This document shows positions 55,733-64,000 of a stretch of 64,000 nt of DNA, piece after piece (position 1 is the stretch's first letter; every line of letters begins with the position of its first letter). The DNA comes from Escherichia coli (GTDB taxonomy: Bacteria > Pseudomonadota > Gammaproteobacteria > Enterobacterales > Enterobacteriaceae). The notes beneath the pieces were generated by a model. The model made no database searches and was not told where the DNA came from. It was given only the letters and a program-made list of their open reading frames with translations. The stretch lies in assembly GCA_009729775.1 (NCBI GenBank), contig GCA_009729775.1_4081.1; one strand, written 5' to 3'. Position numbers and translations under genes: made by a program.

Positions 55733-56419
55733 TTATTCATCGTCGTCATCGTCATCTAGATCGATATAGATACTATCATCACCATCATCAAAGTACTCCA
55801 CAATAACTCCTGGAATATTAAGGGCAGTAAACATTGCATCATATTTCTCATCAGATGGAATCAAAACAAATTCATCAATGTTTTGAACTTCTGGCATTTT
55901 ATCTTCGGGGATACCCATATCAACAAGTGACTGAATAATCTTTTCTTTGAATTCTAAAAACTTCTCTTCAGATTCAAAATCCATAATAAGCTGTGCAACA
56001 TATCCTTCATCGTTACCGAATGAAATTGACATTTGTGCATCAGTGCCGACATAGCACCAAACACGTTTACCTGTGTGCTGCTCAATAAAGTTTTGAATCT
56101 GTAACACAATGTCATGGCGAGAACTGTTAGCAATGTTGTTAAGATTTTCTACACCAGCATTAATTCCAGTACTGTCATTTGTTTCTTCAAATTCACCATA
56201 ATCACCCAATACATACTGTACACCTTCATGATGTAATGCATATGCATAGTCAAGGTCAGCGAGTGAATCGCACTTTCCACGGATCGGACGTAGGGAAAGA
56301 CCTAAGCGAAGATAACGGAAGTATGTATTAGTATTTGTATTTGTCAACGTAATGCTCCTTAACAATATAAAAGTAGTTGCTGTTATTGTCAAAAAAGATA
56401 ACCATCCCTTTATAGACAT
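55733..56419 (-). CDS. hypothetical protein with poly-Asp C-terminal tail (start uncertain)
   Basis: ORF track; C-terminus IDLDDDDDDE; N-terminal ~30 codons overlap 56328..56627. Confidence 0.5.
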   Translation of the reverse strand: MSIKGWLSFLTITATTFILLRSITLTNTNTNTYFRYLRLGLSLRPIRGKCDSLADLDYAYALHHEGVQYVLGDYGEFEETNDSTGINAGVENLNNIANSSRHDIVLQIQNFIEQHTGKRVWCYVGTDAQMSISFGNDEGYVAQLIMDFESEEKFLEFKEKIIQSLVDMGIPEDKMPEVQNIDEFVLIPSDEKYDAMFTALNIPGVIVEYFDDGDDSIYIDLDDDDDDE

Positions 56420-56627
56420 TTACACCAATTTTGATTTCACATATGTTATTTGATTTACTCGCTTCAGTCAATAACATTTTGTGCTCTTTACTGAAAGTGT
56501 GGAACAGTGGTTTGACATGCCACATTTCGATACCATCCAGTACTGAAAATTTTTCACTAAATTTAATCATTGATTCTTGTAAAAAATATCCTGTAAGATT
56601 TATTTCATCACACATGCAAGTTTCCAA
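56328..56627 (-). CDS. hypothetical protein (99 aa)
   Basis: ORF track. Confidence 0.45.
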   Translation of the reverse strand: METCMCDEINLTGYFLQESMIKFSEKFSVLDGIEMWHVKPLFHTFSKEHKMLLTEASKSNNICEIKIGVNVYKGMVIFFDNNSNYFYIVKEHYVDKYKY

Positions 56628-56901
56628 GAAAATTAATCACATCTGCATGTGATAATGTATCATTACCTTCTAGTACATTAATGATAAACGGCACTTGGCG
56701 ATATAGTTCAGCCAAGAATTGTACCTCATCAGATGTGTAAGAATATCCCATAGGAACAACCTGTGCAGTCCAGTTTCCTAGAGTTTTGTTAGCAATAATT
56801 GCAACTACAGTATTACCTTTGTATTCAACATGGATGGAACGAAATCCTGATTGCTCATTTTGATCCCAAAGTACTGGATTGGTTTTGAACAGTACTGACA
56901 T
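56608..56901 (-). CDS. hypothetical protein (97 aa)
   Basis: ORF track. Confidence 0.5.
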   Translation of the reverse strand: MSVLFKTNPVLWDQNEQSGFRSIHVEYKGNTVVAIIANKTLGNWTAQVVPMGYSYTSDEVQFLAELYRQVPFIINVLEGNDTLSHADVINFLGNLHV

Positions 56902-56903
56902 AA

Positions 56904-57437
56904 TTATTTCCTCATGTATTTTATAACGTCTTCAAATAATTGTATTTTTAAGTCCTCGTCATTTCCAGGTAAAAACTCACGAAAACTAGCAAAATCTTCA
57001 TTTTTTGCGAAGTTACGCATTTGTGTTGAGCTATATTGACTTACATTACGGTCAATACCTGCCTGAATTGCTTTTATACTACAAAAATTATACAACTTAC
57101 CATTGTACATGTCAAGAGTTTTTTGAAAAGAATCAATACGGTCAGAACCACAAATGAAAAGAACATCTAAGTACTTTCCATCCAGTTCTCTCATTATATC
57201 AAATAGATTGTCTTCTGTGTAGATGTTCTCTTGCACTGAAGGATAGAATCCCTCTGTATAATACATTTTTAGTTCAGGTGGGAGTGGGTTTTTTATATTG
57301 TCAGTACTGGTGCTTAGATATATTTTTAAATCAGCATTGTACTGTTCTTGTAATGTTTTGGCCTTTTCAAAAACTAAACCATGTCCACGATGTACAGGAT
57401 TAATACGACCAAACGTTAATACACATGTTTCTTTCAT
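56904..57437 (-). CDS. HxGH-motif nucleotidyltransferase, NMN/NaMN adenylyltransferase-like (177 aa)
   Basis: FGRINPVHRGH (cytidylyltransferase-fold H-x-G-H) and downstream SSTQMR (cf. ISSTxIR); substrate not determinable. Confidence 0.55.
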   Translation of the reverse strand: MKETCVLTFGRINPVHRGHGLVFEKAKTLQEQYNADLKIYLSTSTDNIKNPLPPELKMYYTEGFYPSVQENIYTEDNLFDIMRELDGKYLDVLFICGSDRIDSFQKTLDMYNGKLYNFCSIKAIQAGIDRNVSQYSSTQMRNFAKNEDFASFREFLPGNDEDLKIQLFEDVIKYMRK

Positions 57438-57955
57438 AAATTCTTCATCACCAACCCAAGAGATTTAAGATAATTGATTTTAGCAGTGGTTAAGTACTTA
57501 TCCAGTACTATCAGACACGAAGGAAATGGTGCTGAATCTGTTTTCTTATCGGGTTCTTCTGGTATACCAAATCGTAATCTTCCCTTAATAAAACAAATAC
57601 AATCACATATTTTAGCAGCATAATCCTGAAAAGCAATTGTGTCGGTTCTTGAGGGTACAAGAATAACTACAGTTGCCCCGTTATTATATGCATCTACTGC
57701 TTTAGATAACCAAGTTTTCAAGTCACTGTATGGTGGATTCAACCAAACTATATTATTTCCCCAATCCTGTGATAGTGAATCATCTTCTGGAGTGAAAAAA
57801 TTATCACACAATGCAGTCTCATCTACACAAGCAGCATCAAGTGTAAATCCCCATAACTCATCCAAATCTTCAAAGAAATCTTTGGGAGTTGTCCAGTTAT
57901 CTTTTCCAGTACTGAAATGTACTGAATGTTTTTTCGAAGCATCCTTCTTCGACAT
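57434..57955 (-). CDS. phage-type DNA N6-adenine methyltransferase (173 aa)
   Basis: NPPY catalytic motif (WLNPPYSD); size typical of small phage Dam-like MTases. Confidence 0.6.
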   Translation of the reverse strand: MSKKDASKKHSVHFSTGKDNWTTPKDFFEDLDELWGFTLDAACVDETALCDNFFTPEDDSLSQDWGNNIVWLNPPYSDLKTWLSKAVDAYNNGATVVILVPSRTDTIAFQDYAAKICDCICFIKGRLRFGIPEEPDKKTDSAPFPSCLIVLDKYLTTAKINYLKSLGLVMKNL

Positions 57956-57971
57956 TATATAATTCCTTTTG

Positions 57972-58592
57972 TTAGAGACAGTTGTGTACTATCTTATCAA
58001 AAGTACTACTGTCAATGTTATATTCATATAAAAATTTAAAATGTGAACCGTAACGCATCATCAGATTAAACTCTTCTTCAGTATTGAACTTGTAATCATG
58101 AATAGTCTCAGGGGTACATTTTAAACCCAAGAACTCTATAATTTCAGATGTTACATCATATCCTGAATTGAAGTATTTAACCCAAACACATTTTCCTTGT
58201 GGGTTGTATTTTCTATATTCTCCTTCTAGTTCTCCTTTAATAATATGAGCCTTAACACTTATTGAATTATTACTATATCTTTCTTCAAAATAATTACCAT
58301 ACTGGGCTTTTGATATTGTTGGTTTTTGAGTAGGAAGTAATTTAACTGAAGTCACTTCAATTCCATTTTGTAATTCCTTTATATAAGAAATGCATCCTTT
58401 TTCTTTAATAACCACATATCCAGTAAAGATATCTTCGTCTTGTGATTGATTAATGCAATCATCAAAATTCAAAGTTTTATAAGTAACAGTTTTTTCTTTT
58501 CTAATAAATGCCATCATTATTCCTATGGAAACATCAATGAATATACGTGACGTTGATTGCATCAACATCAGTAGAATTATCATGCTACGCAT
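57972..58592 (-). CDS. hypothetical protein (206 aa; start probably internal)
   Basis: ORF track. Confidence 0.5.
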   Translation of the reverse strand: MRSMIILLMLMQSTSRIFIDVSIGIMMAFIRKEKTVTYKTLNFDDCINQSQDEDIFTGYVVIKEKGCISYIKELQNGIEVTSVKLLPTQKPTISKAQYGNYFEERYSNNSISVKAHIIKGELEGEYRKYNPQGKCVWVKYFNSGYDVTSEIIEFLGLKCTPETIHDYKFNTEEEFNLMMRYGSHFKFLYEYNIDSSTFDKIVHNCL

Positions 58593-58626
58593 GTCTAATT
58601 CTACAAGTACTATTTTCTTTTAATTA

Positions 58627-59162
58627 ATATTGACGGGGTTTGCTTGAGCATATTTCATCCCCCCGCAGGGGAAAGAACAAAAAAATTTGACGCTGGTGGC
58701 CTTCACATAGTTCATATCACGAATTCTCTTACGAGACGAAAGCGGGTTGCTCTGTTTCTCTCTATCGCGGTTCTTGTAGCAACGGTCGTCGGTCTTAAAC
58801 ATCCCGACACATAATACAAATACCATATGACCAGTACTTGTATTTGATTTCACAAAATTTGGACGCAACTATATTGTATAATTCCGACCGCATATTTCTT
58901 ATGAAATCTCCCTTAGATAATTGGTAAGGTGCGATCCTTATATGTCTATCGAGGAACTCTCTTTATCCTATTGGAGTTCTTTATACAGCCGCATTGCCGT
59001 GAGTGGTTCAAACTATGCCATCATCTAACGGGTTTCATCTGCTGTTCGTACTGAAAGGACTACTCATCTACCCTCTACATTTTCGAGTGGATTAGGCTTT
59101 TAATCATTTCCTTATGGGAACCTTTCAGGATTAAAAAAGGTGACTAACATATTATGTTGTCA
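58627..59162 (-). ncRNA. candidate large structured noncoding RNA, copy B (paralog of 2497..3068); identity unknown
   Basis: ~600 nt without credible ORF; GC-enriched; same conserved blocks and stems as copy A; TGATATAAT on minus strand at 59169-59177 immediately upstream; strand and ends approximate. Confidence 0.45.
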
Positions 59163-59166
59163 CCTT
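59131..59166 (-). terminator. strong hairpin (AAGGTGACTAACAT/ATGTTGTCACCTT) plus U6; overlaps the transcription start of the promoter at 59169-59177
   Basis: ~13-bp stem with A6 on plus 59133-59138; downstream of stop of 59195..60082. Confidence 0.5.
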
Positions 59167-59168
59167 AT

Positions 59169-59177
59169 ATTATATCA
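59169..59177 (-). promoter_or_regulatory. extended -10 promoter element TGATATAAT reading into ncRNA copy B
   Basis: plus attatatca 59169-59177. Confidence 0.4.
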
Positions 59178-59194
59178 TTAACTTATCATTTGTC

Positions 59195-60082
59195 TCAGTT
59201 ATATTCGGTTTTTTCTGTGAAATTTGTTAGTATATCAACACTAAAACTTCGAATAACCTCAATCTTGCTTGGCATGAAACGGTGTTTATTTTTAATATAC
59301 AACTCATCATCTTCAATAAAAGATGTAAAAATGAATGCCATATCTTCACGTGGAATTTGTAAAATATCACACATTTCATTTGCCGATGCTACTGGTGAAT
59401 CATTATAGTACTGAGAGTATGCACTAGATTGGCGACCGATTATAATAGAATTTCTGATTAGAAAATTACTACAGTACTGAAAATCTTTGTAGTACTTTTC
59501 AATAATGTACGGCATAAGTGCTTCTTTCACGTCTTCATAACCATTAGTACTATCAATTGCTATACAGTAATCTTCACGTTCTTTTTTCTCATGATGGTAA
59601 TCATAAACATACTCAAAGAATGAATTTTTATTTAATGAATCATTTAAACCAACTGACCCACTATAGTATGATTTTCTATCATTCATTCGATCATCTGGGC
59701 ATGATGCATACATAGAAGTGTCATGTGATGATGTACCAATATAAATTTTCTTAGTAATATGATTATACGCTATGTAATCATAATCTTGAACTCCAGTCAG
59801 CATTAACTGGAACATTAAATCATCAGGAACATCAATTAACGGGTACTCAAACTTCGAATATCTACTGCGGCAGAAGTTCTTTTCAAATGCTCGGTATGCG
59901 ATAAAATCTTTTAGATTTTTACAAGATTCATGTTCATGAGCACTACTGCTACGTACATTGACATTAGTCGATGTGCAATATCCATCCGAATCTTCGGTGA
60001 AGTTACCAGCATAATCCTTATTGTAGTCAACGATTAGATAAAGTTTCATACATCTCCAGACAAAAAAAGGACGAGATAACAA
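59195..60082 (-). CDS. hypothetical protein (295 aa)
   Basis: ORF track. Confidence 0.55.
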   Translation of the reverse strand: MLSRPFFVWRCMKLYLIVDYNKDYAGNFTEDSDGYCTSTNVNVRSSSAHEHESCKNLKDFIAYRAFEKNFCRSRYSKFEYPLIDVPDDLMFQLMLTGVQDYDYIAYNHITKKIYIGTSSHDTSMYASCPDDRMNDRKSYYSGSVGLNDSLNKNSFFEYVYDYHHEKKEREDYCIAIDSTNGYEDVKEALMPYIIEKYYKDFQYCSNFLIRNSIIIGRQSSAYSQYYNDSPVASANEMCDILQIPREDMAFIFTSFIEDDELYIKNKHRFMPSKIEVIRSFSVDILTNFTEKTEYN

Positions 60083-60092
60083 ATCCCGTCCT
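60062..60092 (-). terminator. terminator-like hairpin (AGGACG/CGTCCT, 13-nt loop) plus U7
   Basis: A7 on plus 60062-60068; downstream of stop of 60101..60406. Confidence 0.4.
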
Positions 60093-60100
60093 TTGGTTTA

Positions 60101-60406
60101 TTAGTGACTTGCCCAGCAGTAAACAGGACGTAGATTTTCCATTGGATTTACTTCAGGCTTCAGTACTGTTACACGTACTTCATATGGAGTTCCATCTGCG
60201 TGATGGAATGTTTCATAATGAATACTTTCAATAAATGTTTCGTATTCTTCTTGTGAACGTGAACGTACTGATGATGAATATTTCTTTTTAGAATCTGCTT
60301 TAAGTGTAACACTAACTAGTTCTGATTCCTCACCTTCTTCAAGTTTGTTGAAATCGAACTCTGGTACACCTTCAAACATATCAAATTTCATTCCATTTTC
60401 TTCCAT
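60101..60406 (-). CDS. hypothetical protein (101 aa)
   Basis: ORF track; AAAGGA RBS. Confidence 0.55.
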   Translation of the reverse strand: MEENGMKFDMFEGVPEFDFNKLEEGEESELVSVTLKADSKKKYSSSVRSRSQEEYETFIESIHYETFHHADGTPYEVRVTVLKPEVNPMENLRPVYCWASH

Positions 60407-60455
60407 TTTTAAATTCCTTTTATATAATGTTAATTAGATATTTTTAATAAGCAGA

Positions 60456-60842
60456 TTAGATTGTGTCATACTGTAGTGTTCCGTGACGGAATTTTTCAAG
60501 TCGTGCTAGAACTTCTTTTCGTTCAACAATTTCTGGAACATCTTCTTGTAGTTGATCACAAACTTCAACAATGAAGTCCCAATCACTCTCACAACTTTGT
60601 CGTACCGCCTCAATTGTTTTCCAATCAGTACTGATATCACCATCAGCATTTTGATATACAGGCCAAACTTTTCCATAATCAGCAATGGATTTGTCATTTA
60701 GAATACGAATGGCATTGAAAATCTGACCAGTACTGAAGTGTTTTGTATTCTTCATATCTTCTAAACAGCATAGCTTTGGCTCACCTTTTACTTCAATGAG
60801 TAAAACACCACCAATTGCTTTTAGGACTGAACTTGTATTCAT
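60456..60842 (-). CDS. hypothetical protein (128 aa)
   Basis: ORF track. Confidence 0.55.
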   Translation of the reverse strand: MNTSSVLKAIGGVLLIEVKGEPKLCCLEDMKNTKHFSTGQIFNAIRILNDKSIADYGKVWPVYQNADGDISTDWKTIEAVRQSCESDWDFIVEVCDQLQEDVPEIVERKEVLARLEKFRHGTLQYDTI

Positions 60843-60913
60843 CTATATCTCCGTTATCAAAAAAAGATGTGAACATTATATCACAAGAATCTAATATGTT
60901 CACATTATTTTCA

Positions 60914-61207
60914 TTAGATTTTAATAATATTGTACCAGTTATCAAAATCCTCAATTGCTAGAATGAACATATTTTCATCATTGAAATCTAAAATATGTTC
61001 ATTGTATAGGTAACTAATGTACTTGTTTTTGCATAGTCTAGCATTCATTAGTAACATTTCTACTGCACGTTCATAAGAACAAGGAACAAGGTATAACTTA
61101 GTACCATCTTGGTGAATAATTTCCTCAGCACCATGTGGTATAAAACGTTCTGCTGTATGTGGAATATACGGCTTAGTTTTAAAAATAATTTTGAATTTAG
61201 TATCCAT
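60914..61207 (-). CDS. hypothetical protein (97 aa)
   Basis: ORF track. Confidence 0.5.
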   Translation of the reverse strand: MDTKFKIIFKTKPYIPHTAERFIPHGAEEIIHQDGTKLYLVPCSYERAVEMLLMNARLCKNKYISYLYNEHILDFNDENMFILAIEDFDNWYNIIKI

Positions 61208-61223
61208 ACCAAATCCTCCAGAT

Positions 61224-62078
61224 TTATAATGTTTCTTTTATGTTATGTAACATAGTATTAACTATGCACATCTTACCACCTAACTTGTAGTAATATTCTA
61301 ACTTATTAATAATATTACTTTTTAATATATCAAATATTTGATATTCATTTGGATCGAAACTAAGTTCGAATTGGAATGTATATAAATTGTTAAAGAGGTG
61401 AACTAATGATGCATCTGGTGATTCCATTGTAACTGTATATTTTTCACGATAACCAGTACTAATCACTACTTCGGATATATCACCTTTCATGTATATGTCA
61501 ATATTGTACATCATTGGTCTGCCCGTGGCAATATCTTTCATGCGAAAGAATGCAGTACTACGATATACAATGCCTTCTGAAACCTGTTCTTGTATAGTGA
61601 TATTTGAAACTTCACTCTCTTGGAATTTGGACTCGAATGAATGAGTGTAATTTGTTTTTTCATTATCCGTGTGCATAGTACATGTGTATTTTCCAAAATC
61701 ATCTCTAGATGTATATGATTTATCACTGCTAGTTTTATAGAACGAAACACCATTGATATGTTGTTCTTTATACATCATCGTGTCATGGGATTTGTAGTAT
61801 GAACAATTAGGTGTTGAAAGAGATTCAAACTTGTTCACGTCATGACAGTAAGAAATAGAAGAATCGCTATACATTACTACATCACGAATTGCAACTTCTT
61901 TTGTAAAACCTTTTTTGACGGAAATTTGAAAGTCATTGTATGGGAAGATTGTATATCCATCGTATGCATTTGATGTACTGATACCAAATGGTGTAGTAGA
62001 ATTCAGAAATTCGTTGATATGTTCAAGTACTGAATACTTTTTAAAATTAAGAAAATCTGAAATGTCTAACATATACAA
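61224..62078 (-). CDS. hypothetical protein (284 aa)
   Basis: ORF track. Confidence 0.55.
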   Translation of the reverse strand: MYMLDISDFLNFKKYSVLEHINEFLNSTTPFGISTSNAYDGYTIFPYNDFQISVKKGFTKEVAIRDVVMYSDSSISYCHDVNKFESLSTPNCSYYKSHDTMMYKEQHINGVSFYKTSSDKSYTSRDDFGKYTCTMHTDNEKTNYTHSFESKFQESEVSNITIQEQVSEGIVYRSTAFFRMKDIATGRPMMYNIDIYMKGDISEVVISTGYREKYTVTMESPDASLVHLFNNLYTFQFELSFDPNEYQIFDILKSNIINKLEYYYKLGGKMCIVNTMLHNIKETL

Positions 62079-62101
62079 TCCTCATAAATTTAGACAAAAA
62101 A

Positions 62102-62233
62102 TTAGTCGAGAATAAATCTCGACTTGTGTTTTACTTTACCATTTTTCATTTCTTTTTTACGATCCACATGTGTCTGAGGCTTGTTAAACTCATTCATGTG
62201 TTTCTGTACGAAATTGTTTACTTTCTTAGCCAT
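62102..62233 (-). CDS. small basic protein (43 aa), not in ORF track
   Basis: hand translation MAKKVNNFVQKHMNEFNKPQTHVDRKKEMKNGKVKHKSRFILD; starts 3 nt after stop of 62236..62709; hairpin plus U-run at its 3' end. Confidence 0.3.
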   Translation of the reverse strand: MAKKVNNFVQKHMNEFNKPQTHVDRKKEMKNGKVKHKSRFILD

Positions 62234-62235
62234 AC

Positions 62236-62709
62236 TTACTCCAAACTGGGATCTTTAACTGTTAGACTTTCTATGTCACTCGCATAAAGAACTACATTGG
62301 ATTGATTTTCAGACACTTTAAAGTCGTGATAACTGTCTTTGACGATAAAATTATCTAATATAAACCCTTTACTACAGCACATCATAATTTTATCATCTTT
62401 GATTGTGTAGGTGTTTTTCTTTTTACGTACTTCAGATTGTGGCGTAATACTATCGTTATTACGAATAACACAATCAATATATTGTTCATTTGTACTCATA
62501 GGCATACCCATGATAAACGAGTTTTCAGTACTGATTGTTAGTATAAAAACGTTAGTATTTGGGTTGTGAAAAAAATCATGCATTGTCTTGCTACACAAAA
62601 ATAGACATTGAATAATGTCCTTCACATTAAACATTATATCATGAACTTTGAATGCGTCCAACTCTAAAATGTCATCAATTTTCCCATTTTCAACAGTTTT
62701 AATCTCCAT
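62236..62709 (-). CDS. hypothetical protein (157 aa)
   Basis: ORF track. Confidence 0.55.
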   Translation of the reverse strand: MEIKTVENGKIDDILELDAFKVHDIMFNVKDIIQCLFLCSKTMHDFFHNPNTNVFILTISTENSFIMGMPMSTNEQYIDCVIRNNDSITPQSEVRKKKNTYTIKDDKIMMCCSKGFILDNFIVKDSYHDFKVSENQSNVVLYASDIESLTVKDPSLE

Positions 62710-62751
62710 GATCTATCCTTGATCTTCTAATGCACTCCATGTGCGTTTTTA

Positions 62752-63249
62752 TTAAGTCACTGCATTATACTTCTCTATAGCATTAGTAATATTTAATATA
62801 GCTTCAGGAACCATTTCTTTATTGTATTCACGTTTTAAATTTTCCATTTTCTTAATAATTTCCAAGAAAAATGGCAAAATACATGAAGTATCTGTAAAAT
62901 TACATGAGTACAAAGTACTCATTTGAAATAATTCACCTGAATCAATATTAAGAGATTTGTATTCCTTAACAATGTTTTCGTTTGTATTGAAAATATGAAA
63001 TACTGTTCCCATGTGATGAAGATATACACCATTCTCATTTTGAATATGGCATGGTGTGATTACAATAGCAGTGTTGTCAATATTATTTACTATTGATAAA
63101 CGTAGACTATGTAAACCTAAAATAACAGTACAATCACTTGAACTGCTTTGAATTTGGTCAGCAGTTTGTGTAACACTTGTAATATTTTCCCCATCAAGAC
63201 AACTCTTGATTTTATCAAATGAATTTTTCATTGATTTAGTTAGATACAT
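62752..63249 (-). CDS. hypothetical protein (165 aa)
   Basis: ORF track. Confidence 0.55.
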   Translation of the reverse strand: MYLTKSMKNSFDKIKSCLDGENITSVTQTADQIQSSSSDCTVILGLHSLRLSIVNNIDNTAIVITPCHIQNENGVYLHHMGTVFHIFNTNENIVKEYKSLNIDSGELFQMSTLYSCNFTDTSCILPFFLEIIKKMENLKREYNKEMVPEAILNITNAIEKYNAVT

Positions 63250-63653
63250 TTATGAACACCTTCGAAATATTTGATTAATGATTTTATCATATCGCTACTA
63301 ATGCCATGTAAGTCAACACCTAAACACTCGTATTGAAAAAAATCAATATCCTCCAGTGTGTTTAGATCAATTTCCACCTTATCATGACCCAACGAATTCA
63401 TAATAACGTTTTTATCATTAATTGTCAAGAAAGTTTTTTTATTTGAACCTAAAAAGATTTTTACATGTTTTTTTGGCATTACATCATAAGATAAAGATTG
63501 TGAACCATAAATGTATATGCCTTCCATTGAACCAATATCTATAAAATATAGACGAATCCCTTTGTGGTATTTTGACTCCTTAGTCATCGCCTCTATTAGT
63601 TCATCTGTGGTTGTTAACCTTGTTTCTTTCTTCTCTAAATTGCTCAAATGCAT
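63240..63653 (-). CDS. hypothetical protein (137 aa)
   Basis: ORF track. Confidence 0.5.
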   Translation of the reverse strand: MHLSNLEKKETRLTTTDELIEAMTKESKYHKGIRLYFIDIGSMEGIYIYGSQSLSYDVMPKKHVKIFLGSNKKTFLTINDKNVIMNSLGHDKVEIDLNTLEDIDFFQYECLGVDLHGISSDMIKSLIKYFEGVHKCI

Positions 63654-64000
63654 AAAATAATACCTTGATCATTTGTAATGTTTCTGACATTACATCAGCA
63701 GAAAATTGAACATCAGTGTATTTTACCATAGTACTTTGAGTAAAGAAAGTAGCTTCAATATCTTCAAGGTCAAATGGCTCATCAAATAAATTAGTACTGA
63801 ACATATCAGTTTTTTTCTTATAAGTCAACATAAACTTAGCACTGTATCTCAATACAATTTCATCTTTACTTACTAAAATTCGTGCAATGTTCTGTCTACC
63901 CAGTGTTGTAATGTTAACATTAAACGTATTCTTTCGTGCCTCAACAATATCAACGAAATAACCATCACCTTGGTAAACGTTATGACGAACTTCTAATCCT
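63601..64000 (-). CDS. partial CDS, hypothetical protein (N-terminus lies beyond window end)
   Basis: frame of the 83-aa track ORF stays open upstream through 63853-64000 (hand translation, no stop); the track start at 63852 is just the first TTG. Confidence 0.5.
   Translation of the reverse strand, partial: GLEVRHNVYQGDGYFVDIVEARKNTFNVNITTLGRQNIARILVSKDEIVLRYSAKFMLTYKKKTDMFSTNLFDEPFDLEDIEATFFTQSTMVKYTDVQFSADVMSETLQMIKVLFYAFEQFREERNKVNNHR

Noticed and set aside
58620-58868. Track ORF 58620..58868 (-) inside ncRNA copy B
   Set aside because: The frame is not preserved in copy A and the conservation pattern is nucleotide-level (stems), so probably not coding.
1-64000. Integrated prophage or plasmid context (integrase, att sites, host flanks)
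   Set aside because: No integrase or recombinase motifs and no host-like genes or composition shift at either edge; the whole window looks like a contiguous lytic-phage genome segment.

Overview
AT-rich (~33-35% GC) 64 kb segment of a large virulent tailed phage, almost certainly of a Gram-negative host (i-spanin/o-spanin pair, Shine-Dalgarno-type RBSs, one T4-type late promoter TATAAATA). Nearly every gene is on the minus strand, tightly packed with ATGA-type start/stop overlaps and punctuated by hairpin+U-run terminators. By motif I recognise T4-like RNA ligase 1 (RnlA), polynucleotide kinase/phosphatase (PseT), anaerobic ribonucleotide reductase NrdD with activase NrdG, dCMP deaminase, ATP-dependent DNA ligase, PIN-PhoH (PhoH2-type), lambda-type Ser/Thr phosphatase, ClpP, a calcineurin-like phosphoesterase, an HNH endonuclease, a Dam-like N6A methyltransferase and two ~900-aa tail-fiber-like paralogs. 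Gene order is not T4 synteny, so I cannot assign a taxon. The most unusual content is (1) two paralogous ~550-nt GC-enriched non-coding elements, each downstream of a TGATATAAT extended -10, which I propose are large structured RNAs; (2) a minus-strand operon (27.9-33.6 kb) combining a secreted S49/ClpP-fold peptidase, an HslV/proteasome-like Ntn peptidase flanked by tiny membrane proteins, a Zn-ribbon-less Sir2-like protein translationally coupled to a Nudix hydrolase, and PIN-PhoH; (3) a Pol-beta-type nucleotidyltransferase downstream of three tandem paralogs next to the tail fibers; and (4) a large family of small paralogous proteins. All functional calls rest on motif recognition by eye; no database search was run. 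ORF-track starts include TTG/GTG, so several N-termini are probably over-extended.
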